From assembly GCA_038321985.1 (NCBI GenBank), contig JBBQFN010000008.1, positions 64,001 through 128,000 on the forward strand: DNA of 64,000 nt, in the 5' to 3' direction. Positions 32,510 through 42,504 of the stretch are shown one piece after another. A program made the translations under genes and the position numbers. This DNA comes from Cyanophyceae cyanobacterium (lineage in GTDB: Bacteria > Cyanobacteriota > Cyanobacteriia > Cyanobacteriales > Laspinemataceae). The notes beneath the pieces were generated by a model that was not told where the DNA came from, made no database searches, and was given only the letters and a program-made list of their open reading frames with translations. The first letter of the stretch is position 1, and every line of letters begins with the position of its first letter.

Positions 32510-33064
32510 ATGTATTATCAGTTTGTTGCTACACAATCGGTTGATCTGGCTGTTCCACCCCAACCCGTAGGGATTGAGACATATTTGCAGTCCCCCGAAC
32601 GGATTGTTAGGGCGATCGCCGATCCCAGTTGCATCGAACAGTTGAGCGGTAATTGCTATCGCCTGAGAATGCGCCCCTTAAACTTTTTTACTTTAAAAAT
32701 TGAGCCAACCGTAGACATGAAGATTTGGGCAGATGCGGAAAAAACGATTTATTTAGAATCGGTGGGTTGTGATTTGCGCGGGATTGAAACCATTAACGAA
32801 CACTTTCAGTTAGAACTGAGTGGGACGATGGAAGCGTATCGGCAGAAAGGAAAATCTTATTTAGGCGGGGATGCAGAATTAGGGTTAACTATTTATTTAC
32901 CCCCTCCGTTTTCGATGATGCCGAAGTCGGTCATTCAAAGTACAGGGAATAATTTACTCGGAAACGTCCTGCTGAAAATGAAGCAAGGATTAATGCAGCA
33001 GTTATTATTAGATTACCAAATTTGGGCAACCGCAGAACAAGGGAAAAAACTGGTAGCGGCATAG
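32510..33064 (+). CDS. DUF1997 family protein (tandem paralogue)
   Basis: Alignable end to end with 31799-32389 (QFVATQSV, YRLRMRPL, IEPTVDM, KQGLMQQLLLDY). Confidence 0.85.
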   Translation: MYYQFVATQSVDLAVPPQPVGIETYLQSPERIVRAIADPSCIEQLSGNCYRLRMRPLNFFTLKIEPTVDMKIWADAEKTIYLESVGCDLRGIETINEHFQLELSGTMEAYRQKGKSYLGGDAELGLTIYLPPPFSMMPKSVIQSTGNNLLGNVLLKMKQGLMQQLLLDYQIWATAEQGKKLVAA

Positions 33065-33078
33065 AGAAGACTGATGCA

Positions 33079-33135
33079 GCTTGAGAAGTTTGTAGAGGCA
33101 ACCACCCCGGCGTTACCCTTACAAACTTCTCAAGC
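33079..33135 (+). terminator. Long stem-loop downstream of the DUF1997 pair
   Basis: gcttgagaagtttgta...tacaaacttctcaagc (16-bp perfect arms); no clear T-tract. Confidence 0.5.
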
Positions 33136-33325
33136 GCTAGGCAGGGGAGTAAGTCCTGTAAATTTAAGAATTTTTTAATATCTAAAACTGAGGAAGAAGT
33201 TAATCGAGGTTCACCGTAAGCGATCGCCCCGCGCAGATAAAGACTCACATTTCACCCCCAACCGTGGAGGGTGAAATTCTTTGAGTAAGAAATACGGATT
33301 AGGCGATCGTAGCGACATTTTGCCA

Positions 33326-33354
33326 TTGACTCATTGAGCCGTCGAGAATAAGAT
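33326..33354 (+). promoter_or_regulatory. Sigma70-type promoter upstream of the HTH gene
   Basis: TTGACT-N17-TAAGAT, about 255 bp upstream of ATG 33612. Confidence 0.6.
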
Positions 33355-33611
33355 ATGGGTAGCATTTGATTTTAATCCCAAAACGGGATAAGGATGCCTC
33401 TGTGCCCGCCCACTTCTTACCCACTTAGTATAGAGTCCTCCAGGTAAGCGGGACGCGGACTTAACCGGAGGAACATCCGTCATGAACCTGTTTGGCGATC
33501 GCAACCGCTAGAATGCCCGCGACTGTTTTTACCACAGCGAGGGAGAGTTCCTAGTGTCTGTTAATCTCGCCAAAATTAAGCTGGAGTTATTTTAATTAGA
33601 GCGATTGTAAA

Positions 33612-34106
33612 ATGGCGAACACTCTCAAGTTAGATATCAAAGAACCAGCGGATGAACTCAAAACTCGTTTCAAAAAAGAGACGAACTCTCAAAAAAAAGA
33701 AAGGCTACACGCTTTGTACTTGCTAAAATCAGGTAAAGTTTCCACCCTGGAATCCCTTTCAAAACTATTATCGAGAGATACCTCTACTCTATATCGCTGG
33801 TTTCAAAAGTACAAACAGGAAGGATTGGACGGATTACTCAAAGTCTATAAACCGGCGGGAAGGCCGATTACTATTCCCCCCGATGCCTTAGAAAAACTGA
33901 AATTAAGAATTCAACAACCTGAAGGCTTTAACAGCTATGGAGAAATTCAATCTTGGCTGAAAGAAGCCTGTGGAGTTGATGTTGATTATCATGTTGTTTA
34001 TCGGGCCGTTCGCTATAAATTTAAAGGGAAATGTAAGGCTCCTCGACGCTCAAGATTAAAAAGAAGTTCTTCCCTTTCCCGTTTTCAGCTTACTGCGGCA
34101 AATTGA
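33612..34106 (+). CDS. Stand-alone HTH/winged-helix protein homologous to the IS630-family transposase N-terminus (no DDE domain)
   Basis: KERLHALYLLKSG, RDTSTLYRWFQKYKQEGLDGLL, GRP, GFNSYGEIQSWL, YHVVYRAVRYK...KAPR; no catalytic ORF follows. Confidence 0.8.
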   Translation: MANTLKLDIKEPADELKTRFKKETNSQKKERLHALYLLKSGKVSTLESLSKLLSRDTSTLYRWFQKYKQEGLDGLLKVYKPAGRPITIPPDALEKLKLRIQQPEGFNSYGEIQSWLKEACGVDVDYHVVYRAVRYKFKGKCKAPRRSRLKRSSSLSRFQLTAAN

Positions 34107-34292
34107 GTTAAATAAAACCCTAAAGCGATGATTAAAGAGAGCTTTTCGTAAGTTTTACCTCAAAAAAGCGAAAATGCTCAATTTAAAAATTGTGTTTAAG
34201 GAAAAATTAGTTTATATTTTTTGGAGCCTCTCTAAAAAATATAACAGGATAGAACTGCGATCGCCTTTTGGAGATGCAGTTATTTTTTTGAT

Positions 34293-34426
34293 TATAACTT
34301 TTTTCACAGGTATGAAATACATTTTTTCTTTTGGAGTGCGTAAGCCCGGGCGTAGGCTTTACGCACTCCAAATTCCATACATATCCTAACCATTGTATCT
34401 GTACCTTACCGGACTGGAAAACGCTA
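34293..34426. mobile_element. Diverged MITE related to the 136-bp family, with a different internal hairpin
   Basis: Ends taactttttt-cacaggtatgaaatac ... gtaccttaccggactggaaaacgcta; inner palindrome ttggagtgcgtaagcc...ggctttacgcactccaa. Confidence 0.6.
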
Positions 34427-34540
34427 TCTTACTAAGACTAATAACCTCCCCTGAAAAAATAAATTTTTATTAAAAACTTCTGAAAAATGCTGAAACACTT
34501 AACTTAAGATTGTTGAATAAGCATTTAAGAGCTTAAAATC

Positions 34541-35587
34541 TCACAGGCGATCCAGAATAGTTTGTGCCATGCAGTCCAGGGGTATGCTTTGGTCACTTAA
34601 GCCCGCTTCGACGACTGATCGCGGCATTCCGTAGACGATACAACTTTCTTCAGCTTCCGTTAAAATAGTGCCACCGCGAGATTTAATCCAAGCGGAACCT
34701 TGAGTGCCATCGGAACCCATCCCCGTCATCACCACCCCCAAGACGCGATTGCCAAACACCTCAGCAGCCGATTGAAACATTACATCCACGGAGGGACGAT
34801 GAAGCGTATCGAACGGGCGAGCATCAAGATGTGTCCTTACCGTGCCATCATTTTGACGAACAAAGGTTAAATGCCGTCCCGCAGCAGCGATGAATACCAC
34901 ACCGGGTTCGAGAAGTTGCCCTTCCGAGGCTTCTACAACCTTCAGTAACGAAATATCATTAAGTCGTCTTGCATACATTTCCGTATAACCAACCGGCATA
35001 TGTAAAACGATCGCCACTGGGACCGACAAATTAGCCGGCAACTGAGCGATTAAAAAAGCCAGGGCCTGGGGACCCCCGGTAGAAATTCCGATCGCCACTA
35101 GGTTAACCAGTCCCGATTGAGGGGATGAAGCTATCACCTTAATCAAATCAACAGGACGTTCCTTCATTACCGGCAAGCGGTTTAAAGGGACATTTGCAGC
35201 CGCTTTAACCTTTTCGATTAATTCATTGCTGATCTCAAAAATCTTTTCATTTGCTAAAGCCGTAGGCTTTTGCAAAAAGTCAACAGCGCCCGCATCCAGT
35301 GCGGCGAGTACCAGTTCTCCCCCTTCACTGGCAATGCTGATAATGACCACGGGAATTGGACGAAGGGCCATTTGTTTATGCAAGAATTCCACCCCGTCCA
35401 TTTCGGGCATGATCAAGTCTAGCGTTACCACATCTGGGTTAAGTTTTTCGATCGCCTCTAATGCTTCCTGTCCGTCTCGGGATGTTCCTACCACTTCAAT
35501 AAATGGAGAACGCAATAGCATTTGCTTAACGACCTTACGGACATAAGCGGAATCATCTACCACCAAAACTCGTATAATATTATTCAT
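34541..35587 (-). CDS. cheB: Chemotaxis response-regulator methylesterase
   Basis: REC (VLVVDDS, TLDLIMP) plus methylesterase triad motifs GISTGG, VLHMP, GMGSDG; HRPSVD, VYGMP. Confidence 0.97.
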   Translation of the reverse strand: MNNIIRVLVVDDSAYVRKVVKQMLLRSPFIEVVGTSRDGQEALEAIEKLNPDVVTLDLIMPEMDGVEFLHKQMALRPIPVVIISIASEGGELVLAALDAGAVDFLQKPTALANEKIFEISNELIEKVKAAANVPLNRLPVMKERPVDLIKVIASSPQSGLVNLVAIGISTGGPQALAFLIAQLPANLSVPVAIVLHMPVGYTEMYARRLNDISLLKVVEASEGQLLEPGVVFIAAAGRHLTFVRQNDGTVRTHLDARPFDTLHRPSVDVMFQSAAEVFGNRVLGVVMTGMGSDGTQGSAWIKSRGGTILTEAEESCIVYGMPRSVVEAGLSDQSIPLDCMAQTILDRL

Positions 35588-35678
35588 ACCACTCGCGATT
35601 GATTGATTGAATTATTAGCCATAAATCGCTAAACGTCAACCTAATTTTTTTTATTTTAGAGCTAGAAACAATTTATAT

Positions 35679-35786
35679 TAGACCTCTTGTAAAATTCGGG
35701 AGCGACTCCCCCAAACCCCCTTATTAACGCTAATAGGCTTTTTACAATCCGGCAAAAAATCTATTAAATTATACCACTAGGTCTTA
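35679..35786. repeat. Degenerate cyanobacterial intergenic repeat or MITE relic between cheR and cheB
   Basis: Begins tagacctcttgtaaaa, has an internal ctcccccaaacccccttatt tract, ends aggtct. Confidence 0.35.
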
Positions 35787-35819
35787 AAAATTTTGTAGCT
35801 TCAATTAAATTATTTTCTA

Positions 35820-36710
35820 TTAAAACCCGGGTGGTTCTTCTTTTACATAAACAAAAGCGCCGCCTATTTCTTGCAATTCAAAATCACTATTGAGCTTAAG
35901 TAAGGATTCAGAAGAACCTAAAAAAAGATAGGCGCGATTTGGCATTCCTTGATAAAAAGACTCAACTGTTTTACGAATAGAATCCGGGGAAAAGTAAATA
36001 AAGACATTGCGACAGAAAATTATATCAGATTGAGTAAACGGCTCAATTTCTGTGTTTTTCATTAAATTGGCAATATTCCATTGAATGCGCTTTTTCAGGG
36101 CAGAGGATACTTGCCAACCGCCTTCGGATTTGGTAAAGTATTTTTCTCGAAGTCCCGCCGGAAAATTGCGAAAAGACCGATCGCGGTAAACTCCTTTTTG
36201 AGCTTTAGCGATCGCCCCCGAAGCTGCATCGGATGCGTACAGTTCAATGGGTAAGCGTTCAAACCAGCCTCCTTCCTCCAATGCCATCACAATCGACAGG
36301 GGTTCTTCTCCCGTAGCGCAGGCAGCACTCCAAATTCGGAGTGGCTTGGAGGAAAAGGAATAAGAACCCCCGGGGGAAAAATTCCCTCGACGCTCTGCCA
36401 AATATTGAGGTAATAAGACCTTAACTAGAGCAGTTAAAGCATCGTTTTCTCGCCAAAAAAAAGTTTCCTGTACTGAAAGGGCATCAATTGCCGACCGCCA
36501 CTCATCTGAGGCGATCGCATCGTATTTTAGCAGATAGTAATAATCTAAAAATGAATTTAAACCCCGCTCAATCACACGAGGAGTAAGTTTATCTGCTAAA
36601 ATTTCGCGCTTGTCCTGTTCATAGTATAAACCAGCCTGTTCATGAATCAAATCGCGCAGAATAATAAAAACACTATCTGTTAATTGTAAAGACTTTGGAA
36701 AAAATCTCAT
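35820..36710 (-). CDS. cheR: Chemotaxis protein-glutamate O-methyltransferase
   Basis: ETFFWRE, RIWSAACATGEEPLSI, DIIFCRNVFIYF, LFLGSSES; likely start ATG 36710; no TPR extension. Confidence 0.96.
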   Translation of the reverse strand: MRFFPKSLQLTDSVFIILRDLIHEQAGLYYEQDKREILADKLTPRVIERGLNSFLDYYYLLKYDAIASDEWRSAIDALSVQETFFWRENDALTALVKVLLPQYLAERRGNFSPGGSYSFSSKPLRIWSAACATGEEPLSIVMALEEGGWFERLPIELYASDAASGAIAKAQKGVYRDRSFRNFPAGLREKYFTKSEGGWQVSSALKKRIQWNIANLMKNTEIEPFTQSDIIFCRNVFIYFSPDSIRKTVESFYQGMPNRAYLFLGSSESLLKLNSDFELQEIGGAFVYVKEEPPGF

Positions 36711-36948
36711 TGCTAAAATATGAAGAACATAGAAACCTTTGATGAGAGGCAAGTCTGAGGAATTACATACAGATTTGAACGGAAAAAATCCCGAGATGAA
36801 ACCCAGGGATTTAAAGTTAGGTTGGCCCCCTCAGTTAAAAACCTTGGACCCTCCAAAGCTAAAAATTTGGCTCAAGGGACTTTAGGAAGTTAAAAAGCGG
36901 TGAAAACTCAGCCCTTAAGCAACAACCTACCCCCACTCTCCCCAAGAA

Positions 36949-39900
36949 TTAGCTTTGCAGAACCTTACGCGCAGCGCGGCGAACGGTCGTATCCGCATCC
37001 GTGCGCGCCAAAATCACCAACTTATCCTCGCATAGGCGGTTTCCCAGATGCCCCAGGGCTGTAACCGCAGCCAGCCTCACCTGAGCCTCCCGATCATCCA
37101 AGGCCCCAATCAACAGTTCCGAAGCGCAGGGATGTTTTAAGCGCGTCAGAATCTCCACCACCGCTGTGCGGACTGCCGGGTGCCCATGGTGCAGTCCCAG
37201 CCCCACCGCCTCAATATACGCTTCCATGCAAACCGGCCCTGAACTGCCCGGGCTATTATATCCCGTGCTGCCTTCTCGTTTCACTGTCGCCCCCCGGTTG
37301 GCTAGAGTGTTGATGCAGGGTTCCCGGCACGTCGGGTCTACCGTCAGGTCCAGCAGAGAGGCCACCGCTTCCGGGGTTCCCATCCGCCCTAGAGAGTCGA
37401 TCGCCGCTTGCACCACTCGGGTTTCTGGGTCCGCAGCCCCTAGCCACTGCAGCGCCACCCCCGCTTCCATCCCCCCTCGTTCCTTGAACGCTTCTAACGC
37501 ATCCAGTCTCCGTTCCGCTTGGTCTGAATTGAGCGCGTTTAACAGCGGCGTCAGAGCACTAGGATCCTGGATTCGCCCCAGAGCCCGCAGCGCCGCCCGC
37601 ACCACATCCTCCTCCGTTCCTTGAGCGATCGCCCCTAAGATATCCACCGCCTGAGCTTGCCCAAAATGCCCTAACGCCTCCGTCGCACAAGCCCGTACCG
37701 GATTCGCTGGGTCCTTCAACGCTAACAGTTCCAACGTTTCTAGGAAATTTTCCGGCTGCCCTACCCCTGAAGTCCAAGCCGGCAAAAACCACAAATTCTC
37801 CCGAGTTTGAGCCAGACTCACCAGGGCGGATATCGCATAATAGCGCACCCAGGAATCCTCATCCTGGAGAGCCTTAAGTAAATAACCGTAACTCACCGGA
37901 CTAGCTATTTCCCCCAAAGCCCGCGCCGCCGCCGCCCGCACCTGGGGGCTATCCCTACTCAGCGCCCCGTCTAGCACCTCCAAGGCCCGTTCCTCCTTTT
38001 CCAGATAAGGCAAATGCTCGATCGCCGCACGGCGCACCCGTTCATCCGGGTCCTGGCACAGTTCAAATAGCCTGTCGATACAGTTACTAAAAGCAAAATA
38101 TCCAGCAATTTTAACCGCAGATTCCCGGCGGTGAGGGTTCGGGTCCCCCAGCAGAATTAAAGTCCGTTCCGCCATCCCCGGATGCCCCAGGGAATTCAAA
38201 GCCGCGATCGCACAAAGTCGCACCGAAATATCCGGATGACCCAACAGATTGACCAGGGCCTCAAACGACGAGCGATCGCCAATTTGAGCCAAGGCTGCTG
38301 CCGTAACTCTCACCAGGTCCGCCTCTGGATTTAACAACTGTTCAATTAACGCCGGAACCGCCTGGGTACTTCCAATCCGCCCTAAAGCAATAATCAGCGA
38401 TCGCCGCGTCTGCAAATCCTCCGTCTCCAGCTTGCCAATCAGCAAAGGGCTAATTCGGCTCCCTCTGACAATCAACCCCTTTAAAACCATCTCTGTCAGC
38501 AACCGATTACCCAGCAACTCCCCTAGAGTTTCCTCCACCGCCTCTCCCGGGAGCCACCCTAAAATCAGCGCCAACCCTTGCAATTCTTGCGGATTCGCCC
38601 CGTTGAGCGCCTGAATTAAATTCCCCACCCCCGCACCGCCCACTTGGGCCCGGGTGAGGTCCGCGATATGGACCCCTTCCCCGAAAAGGCTTTGATAGCG
38701 GTGGTAAATCGCTGCGATCGCCAACGCAACTTCCCGAATCGGCACCCCCGAAAAATTTAAAATTTCCCCCAGCGCCTCCACCACATCCGCATCCCCTAAC
38801 TGACCTAGGGCATCCGCAATTTGAGCACAGAGCAAATCATTCCCCAGCATCGGACACAGCCTCGGGGCAATCGTGCGATCGCCAATCCGAATTAAAGCAT
38901 CAATCGCCGGAAACGCCAGGAAAAAATCCCCCGACTCAGCCAGCCCAATTAAATCTTCCACCGCATCCATCGCCCGCAAGCGGCCCAGGGCTTCAATCGC
39001 ATGATAAATTACATTCCGGTCCGGGTCCCTTAACGCCTCAATCAAGCTCGGCACAGCCCTTTCATCATGGCGCTCACCCAAAGCCAAAGCCGTATAAACC
39101 CGTAAATCCGCGTCAGAATCCTTCAGGCATTCAATTAAAGACGGAATCGGGTCAACATCACTCAGCACCAAAATTTGCAGAATACTATTGAGCACATTCG
39201 GGTTGCGGTGCTGTTCACGCAACATCCGCAGCAGTTCCAACGAAATAGCCGGGTCATTTTGGCGCGCAATAGTATCCACAGCCTCCCGGCGCACCCGCCA
39301 ACTCAGGGTATTTTTGAGCAACGGCAGCAGCCTCGGGGCGATCGCGCGATCGCAAATCCTCATCAACGCATCCAACGCCGGAAAAGCTAAGAAAAAATCA
39401 TTAGACTCCGCCAAAGCCACCAGAGACTCCACCGCCTCCGGAGCCCGTAACTGTCCCAAAGCATCGATCGCGTGATACCTCACATTCGCATCCACATCCT
39501 CCAGCGCCGCAATTAAAGGCTGGATAGCCCGCCGGTCCTGACGCTCACCCAAAGCCAAAGCCCCATAAATTCGCAAATCCGCCTCAGAATCCCTCAGACA
39601 CTCCACCAGCGCCGGAATTATATCCACCTGAGAAAGCGCCAGCACCTGAAGCACCCCATTTAAAACCCCCGGATTGCCATGTTGCGTCCGCAACAATTGC
39701 AACAACTCCTGAGTCAGGCCCGGATTATTTCGCAACCCCAGACCCTCCACCGCATCCCGGCGCACCTGCCAATTTTTATCCTGTAGCCCTTGCAAAAGCC
39801 GACTCACCTCAAAACTTTCCCCCGCTTGTTCCTCCAAGCTCCCCTCTGGGGAGTCCGTTTGTAAGCGCTCCCTTCCCCTCACCTGCTCCAATAGTTCCCG

Positions 39901-40260
39901 TTCTCCCTCCAGGCGGGGCGTCACATCCTCCAGCGTTACAATAGTCCCCACAATTCGCTCCTGATCCCGCAAAGGGCCAATCGTCACCCGCTGTTGCATC
40001 TGCTCATAATATTTAGAAGGAATCAACGGCGGACAGGGGATTAAATAATGATGCAGACTAGGGGCCAGAGTTTCCACAACCCCCTCCCTCAGCACCCGCT
40101 CAAACCGCGCCGCAAATCCTCGGCCCTCCAAATCCGGAGCCAAAGTACCCAAATGCAGCCCACAGGCCGTCTCTCCATTAACCCCCGTCATCTGAGCCAA
40201 CCTCGGGTCCCAGGAACGGACAATTAAATTTATATCAGTCGTAAAAATGCTTATAGTCAT
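36949..40260 (-). CDS. PAS-domain plus HEAT (PBS-lyase-type) repeat protein, Cpc7-like position in the che cluster
   Basis: N-terminal PAS-like segment (IFTTD..L.VRSW...EDVT), then many L..ALxDxDxxVRxxAxxALG repeats. Confidence 0.9.
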   Translation of the reverse strand: MTISIFTTDINLIVRSWDPRLAQMTGVNGETACGLHLGTLAPDLEGRGFAARFERVLREGVVETLAPSLHHYLIPCPPLIPSKYYEQMQQRVTIGPLRDQERIVGTIVTLEDVTPRLEGERELLEQVRGRERLQTDSPEGSLEEQAGESFEVSRLLQGLQDKNWQVRRDAVEGLGLRNNPGLTQELLQLLRTQHGNPGVLNGVLQVLALSQVDIIPALVECLRDSEADLRIYGALALGERQDRRAIQPLIAALEDVDANVRYHAIDALGQLRAPEAVESLVALAESNDFFLAFPALDALMRICDRAIAPRLLPLLKNTLSWRVRREAVDTIARQNDPAISLELLRMLREQHRNPNVLNSILQILVLSDVDPIPSLIECLKDSDADLRVYTALALGERHDERAVPSLIEALRDPDRNVIYHAIEALGRLRAMDAVEDLIGLAESGDFFLAFPAIDALIRIGDRTIAPRLCPMLGNDLLCAQIADALGQLGDADVVEALGEILNFSGVPIREVALAIAAIYHRYQSLFGEGVHIADLTRAQVGGAGVGNLIQALNGANPQELQGLALILGWLPGEAVEETLGELLGNRLLTEMVLKGLIVRGSRISPLLIGKLETEDLQTRRSLIIALGRIGSTQAVPALIEQLLNPEADLVRVTAAALAQIGDRSSFEALVNLLGHPDISVRLCAIAALNSLGHPGMAERTLILLGDPNPHRRESAVKIAGYFAFSNCIDRLFELCQDPDERVRRAAIEHLPYLEKEERALEVLDGALSRDSPQVRAAAARALGEIASPVSYGYLLKALQDEDSWVRYYAISALVSLAQTRENLWFLPAWTSGVGQPENFLETLELLALKDPANPVRACATEALGHFGQAQAVDILGAIAQGTEEDVVRAALRALGRIQDPSALTPLLNALNSDQAERRLDALEAFKERGGMEAGVALQWLGAADPETRVVQAAIDSLGRMGTPEAVASLLDLTVDPTCREPCINTLANRGATVKREGSTGYNSPGSSGPVCMEAYIEAVGLGLHHGHPAVRTAVVEILTRLKHPCASELLIGALDDREAQVRLAAVTALGHLGNRLCEDKLVILARTDADTTVRRAARKVLQS

Positions 40261-40327
40261 GAGCCGTTAGACCTTTTACTGAGTGGGGGATAGCAGCAGA
40301 TGAGCCTTTAAAGAATTAATCCTTAAA

Positions 40328-42424
40328 TCAACCCGGGGGAGAGTCCAGGGAACCCGCCACCGCACCCAGGGTAATCGCCCGTTCAATCAAGCTAACAGTC
40401 GCCCCCTGCGTATCCTCGACCCCGCGCCTATTATCCTCGGCAATTTTCCGCAACTCTTCCAGAGATTGAATCAGGGCCTCACAGACCGTCGAATGCTCTT
40501 GATTGGAATCCACCATAGAGTGAATCTGTTTAGAAATCAGGCCCAGGGCCAGAGTCATTTCCTTGACCCCCCGCGATTGTTCACTCATTGCCTTAGCCAC
40601 CTGCTCAGATTGCCCTTGCAGATTCTGTACCGCCGTCGAGATAAAATTGCTCGCCTTGCCTTGTTCCAGCATTCCCTGGAAAACCTGAGAAATCAGACCC
40701 GCCAAGCGCCCCGCCTCCGTCCCTAGCTGTGCCGCCGCCGTAGACTGTTGCGCCAGAGCCTGGGCTGTACTCGAAGCCGCACGGCGCATCAGTTCCACTG
40801 ATTGCATAATTTGATTCGCCCCATTCGCCTGTTCCGCCGTTGCTTGGCGAATTTGCGCCGTCAGCAACGAAGTATTTTGGGCCGCCTTCATTACATCCCG
40901 CGCCGCCCTGGCTTGCTCATTCATCGCCTTAGTCACCTCCATCGCAATTTTGCGCATCTGTCCGGCAGCCTGGACAATATTTTGAGCCGTTTGGGACTGT
41001 TCAGCCGTGGCCCCGGCCACTTGCTTCGCTTGACTCGCCGTCGTAGCGATCGCCACTACCACCGTCCTTCCCGCCCCCAACTGTTCCTCTGACGCCCGGG
41101 TAATTTGGGTCACCAACTGAGCCGTCTCCTCAATACCCCCCAGGATTTTCTTAAGCGCATTCACCCCATCTTCTGCCAGCCTTCCGCTATCATCCGCCAC
41201 CTTCAGCCCCTCATTCGACGTATTCACCGCCTCCTGGACCACCCCCTGCAAACCCTTGATAATCCCCCCAATCTCATTCGTTGCCTCAGCCGCGCGATCG
41301 GCCAGAGCCCGAATCTCCTGCGCCACCACCGCAAAACCCCTCCCCGCCTCCCCCGCCCGCGCCGCCTCAATAGACGCATTCAAAGACAACAAATTAGTCC
41401 GTTCCGCAATTAAATTAATCGTCTCTACAATCGAGCTAATCTCATCCGTGCGCTTCCCCGTTTCTCGGATAGCATCGGCAGATTTCACCATAGACAAACG
41501 CACCAAACTAAGCCCCGAAATAGTCCTTTGAACCGTCGCCCCCCCCACCGTGGCATCCGTCGCCACCTTGCGCGTAATCTCATTCGTCTGTTGCGTCAGT
41601 TGAGACACATTGCGAATCGAACCCTCCAGTTGTTCCGCGCTAATCGCCGCATTCGTCGCCGCATCCGTAATCTCTCGACTATTCAGCGCCACCCCTTGAA
41701 CCGACCGCGCCATCTCCTCAATAGAAATCGAGACCTGTTCCACCATCGCCGCTAAGTTCTCCGCCGTCGCCGAAACCTCCTCAATTGAGGCCCCCATCTC
41801 ATCCATCGAATGCGTCGTTTCCTCCGCTGCAACGTTTAAGTCCTCCGCATTCATCGCCACCCCCTGGATAGAGCTCGTAATCTCCTCAATCGAAGCAGCA
41901 GTTTCATTGATAGCCGAGGCCAACTCATCCGTATCTAAACTGACGCTTTTGATAGAGGCGGCGATTTCCCCGATCGCGCTAGTGAGCTGAGTTGCCGAAG
42001 TCGCCATAGATTCAGTGGTCTGGCTGACACTGTTGATGGAGCTAGCAGTTTCCTGAATATGAGTCGAGATTTCATTAATTTCCCCCGCCAAAGTCACCGT
42101 ATTAGCCGTCACCTGCTCAATAGAGGCGGCAATTTCATTCACAAAAGAAACCAGTTGTTCACTAGAAGTGGCGACGGAATCCGCTTGATTGGCCGTCTGA
42201 GCCACAGAGACAGCCATTTGATTAATTTTGAGGGTACTTTCATCCAGGGATTTCATCTGGTTAATTGCGCCAGCACAAACCTGTTCAGCAATTCGTGAAA
42301 TTTCATGGGCTGATTCAGTCATTTGGCTGGCATACAATCGAATTTTTCCATTCTCTATTTTACCCTTTTTTCCGCCTTTCTTTTCTTTATTTTTAAGATT
42401 GATTTTAGCTTTTTTCTTCTTCAT
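40328..42424 (-). CDS. Cytoplasmic methyl-accepting chemotaxis protein with extended hairpin and Lys-rich N-terminus
   Basis: Tip motif [37 protein letters not shown] at about aa 339-375; no TM or sensor domain; 28-aa periodic arms. Confidence 0.95.
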   Translation of the reverse strand: MKKKKAKINLKNKEKKGGKKGKIENGKIRLYASQMTESAHEISRIAEQVCAGAINQMKSLDESTLKINQMAVSVAQTANQADSVATSSEQLVSFVNEIAASIEQVTANTVTLAGEINEISTHIQETASSINSVSQTTESMATSATQLTSAIGEIAASIKSVSLDTDELASAINETAASIEEITSSIQGVAMNAEDLNVAAEETTHSMDEMGASIEEVSATAENLAAMVEQVSISIEEMARSVQGVALNSREITDAATNAAISAEQLEGSIRNVSQLTQQTNEITRKVATDATVGGATVQRTISGLSLVRLSMVKSADAIRETGKRTDEISSIVETINLIAERTNLLSLNASIEAARAGEAGRGFAVVAQEIRALADRAAEATNEIGGIIKGLQGVVQEAVNTSNEGLKVADDSGRLAEDGVNALKKILGGIEETAQLVTQITRASEEQLGAGRTVVVAIATTASQAKQVAGATAEQSQTAQNIVQAAGQMRKIAMEVTKAMNEQARAARDVMKAAQNTSLLTAQIRQATAEQANGANQIMQSVELMRRAASSTAQALAQQSTAAAQLGTEAGRLAGLISQVFQGMLEQGKASNFISTAVQNLQGQSEQVAKAMSEQSRGVKEMTLALGLISKQIHSMVDSNQEHSTVCEALIQSLEELRKIAEDNRRGVEDTQGATVSLIERAITLGAVAGSLDSPPG

Positions 42425-42504
42425 ACCTTTCTCTCAAATATTATTCAAATAATTTTAGTAAAAATGGCTTTTACTACCTACAGGTTCCCTTAATTCATTC
42501 TAAA

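Noticed and set aside
33612..34106. Active IS630 insertion sequence
   Set aside because: No DDE domain or TIR pair visible; reported as a stand-alone HTH protein instead.
37166..42452. Arg/Leu/Ala-rich plus-strand ORFs opposite the HEAT and MCP genes
   Set aside because: Antisense artefacts of repetitive, G-rich coding sequence.
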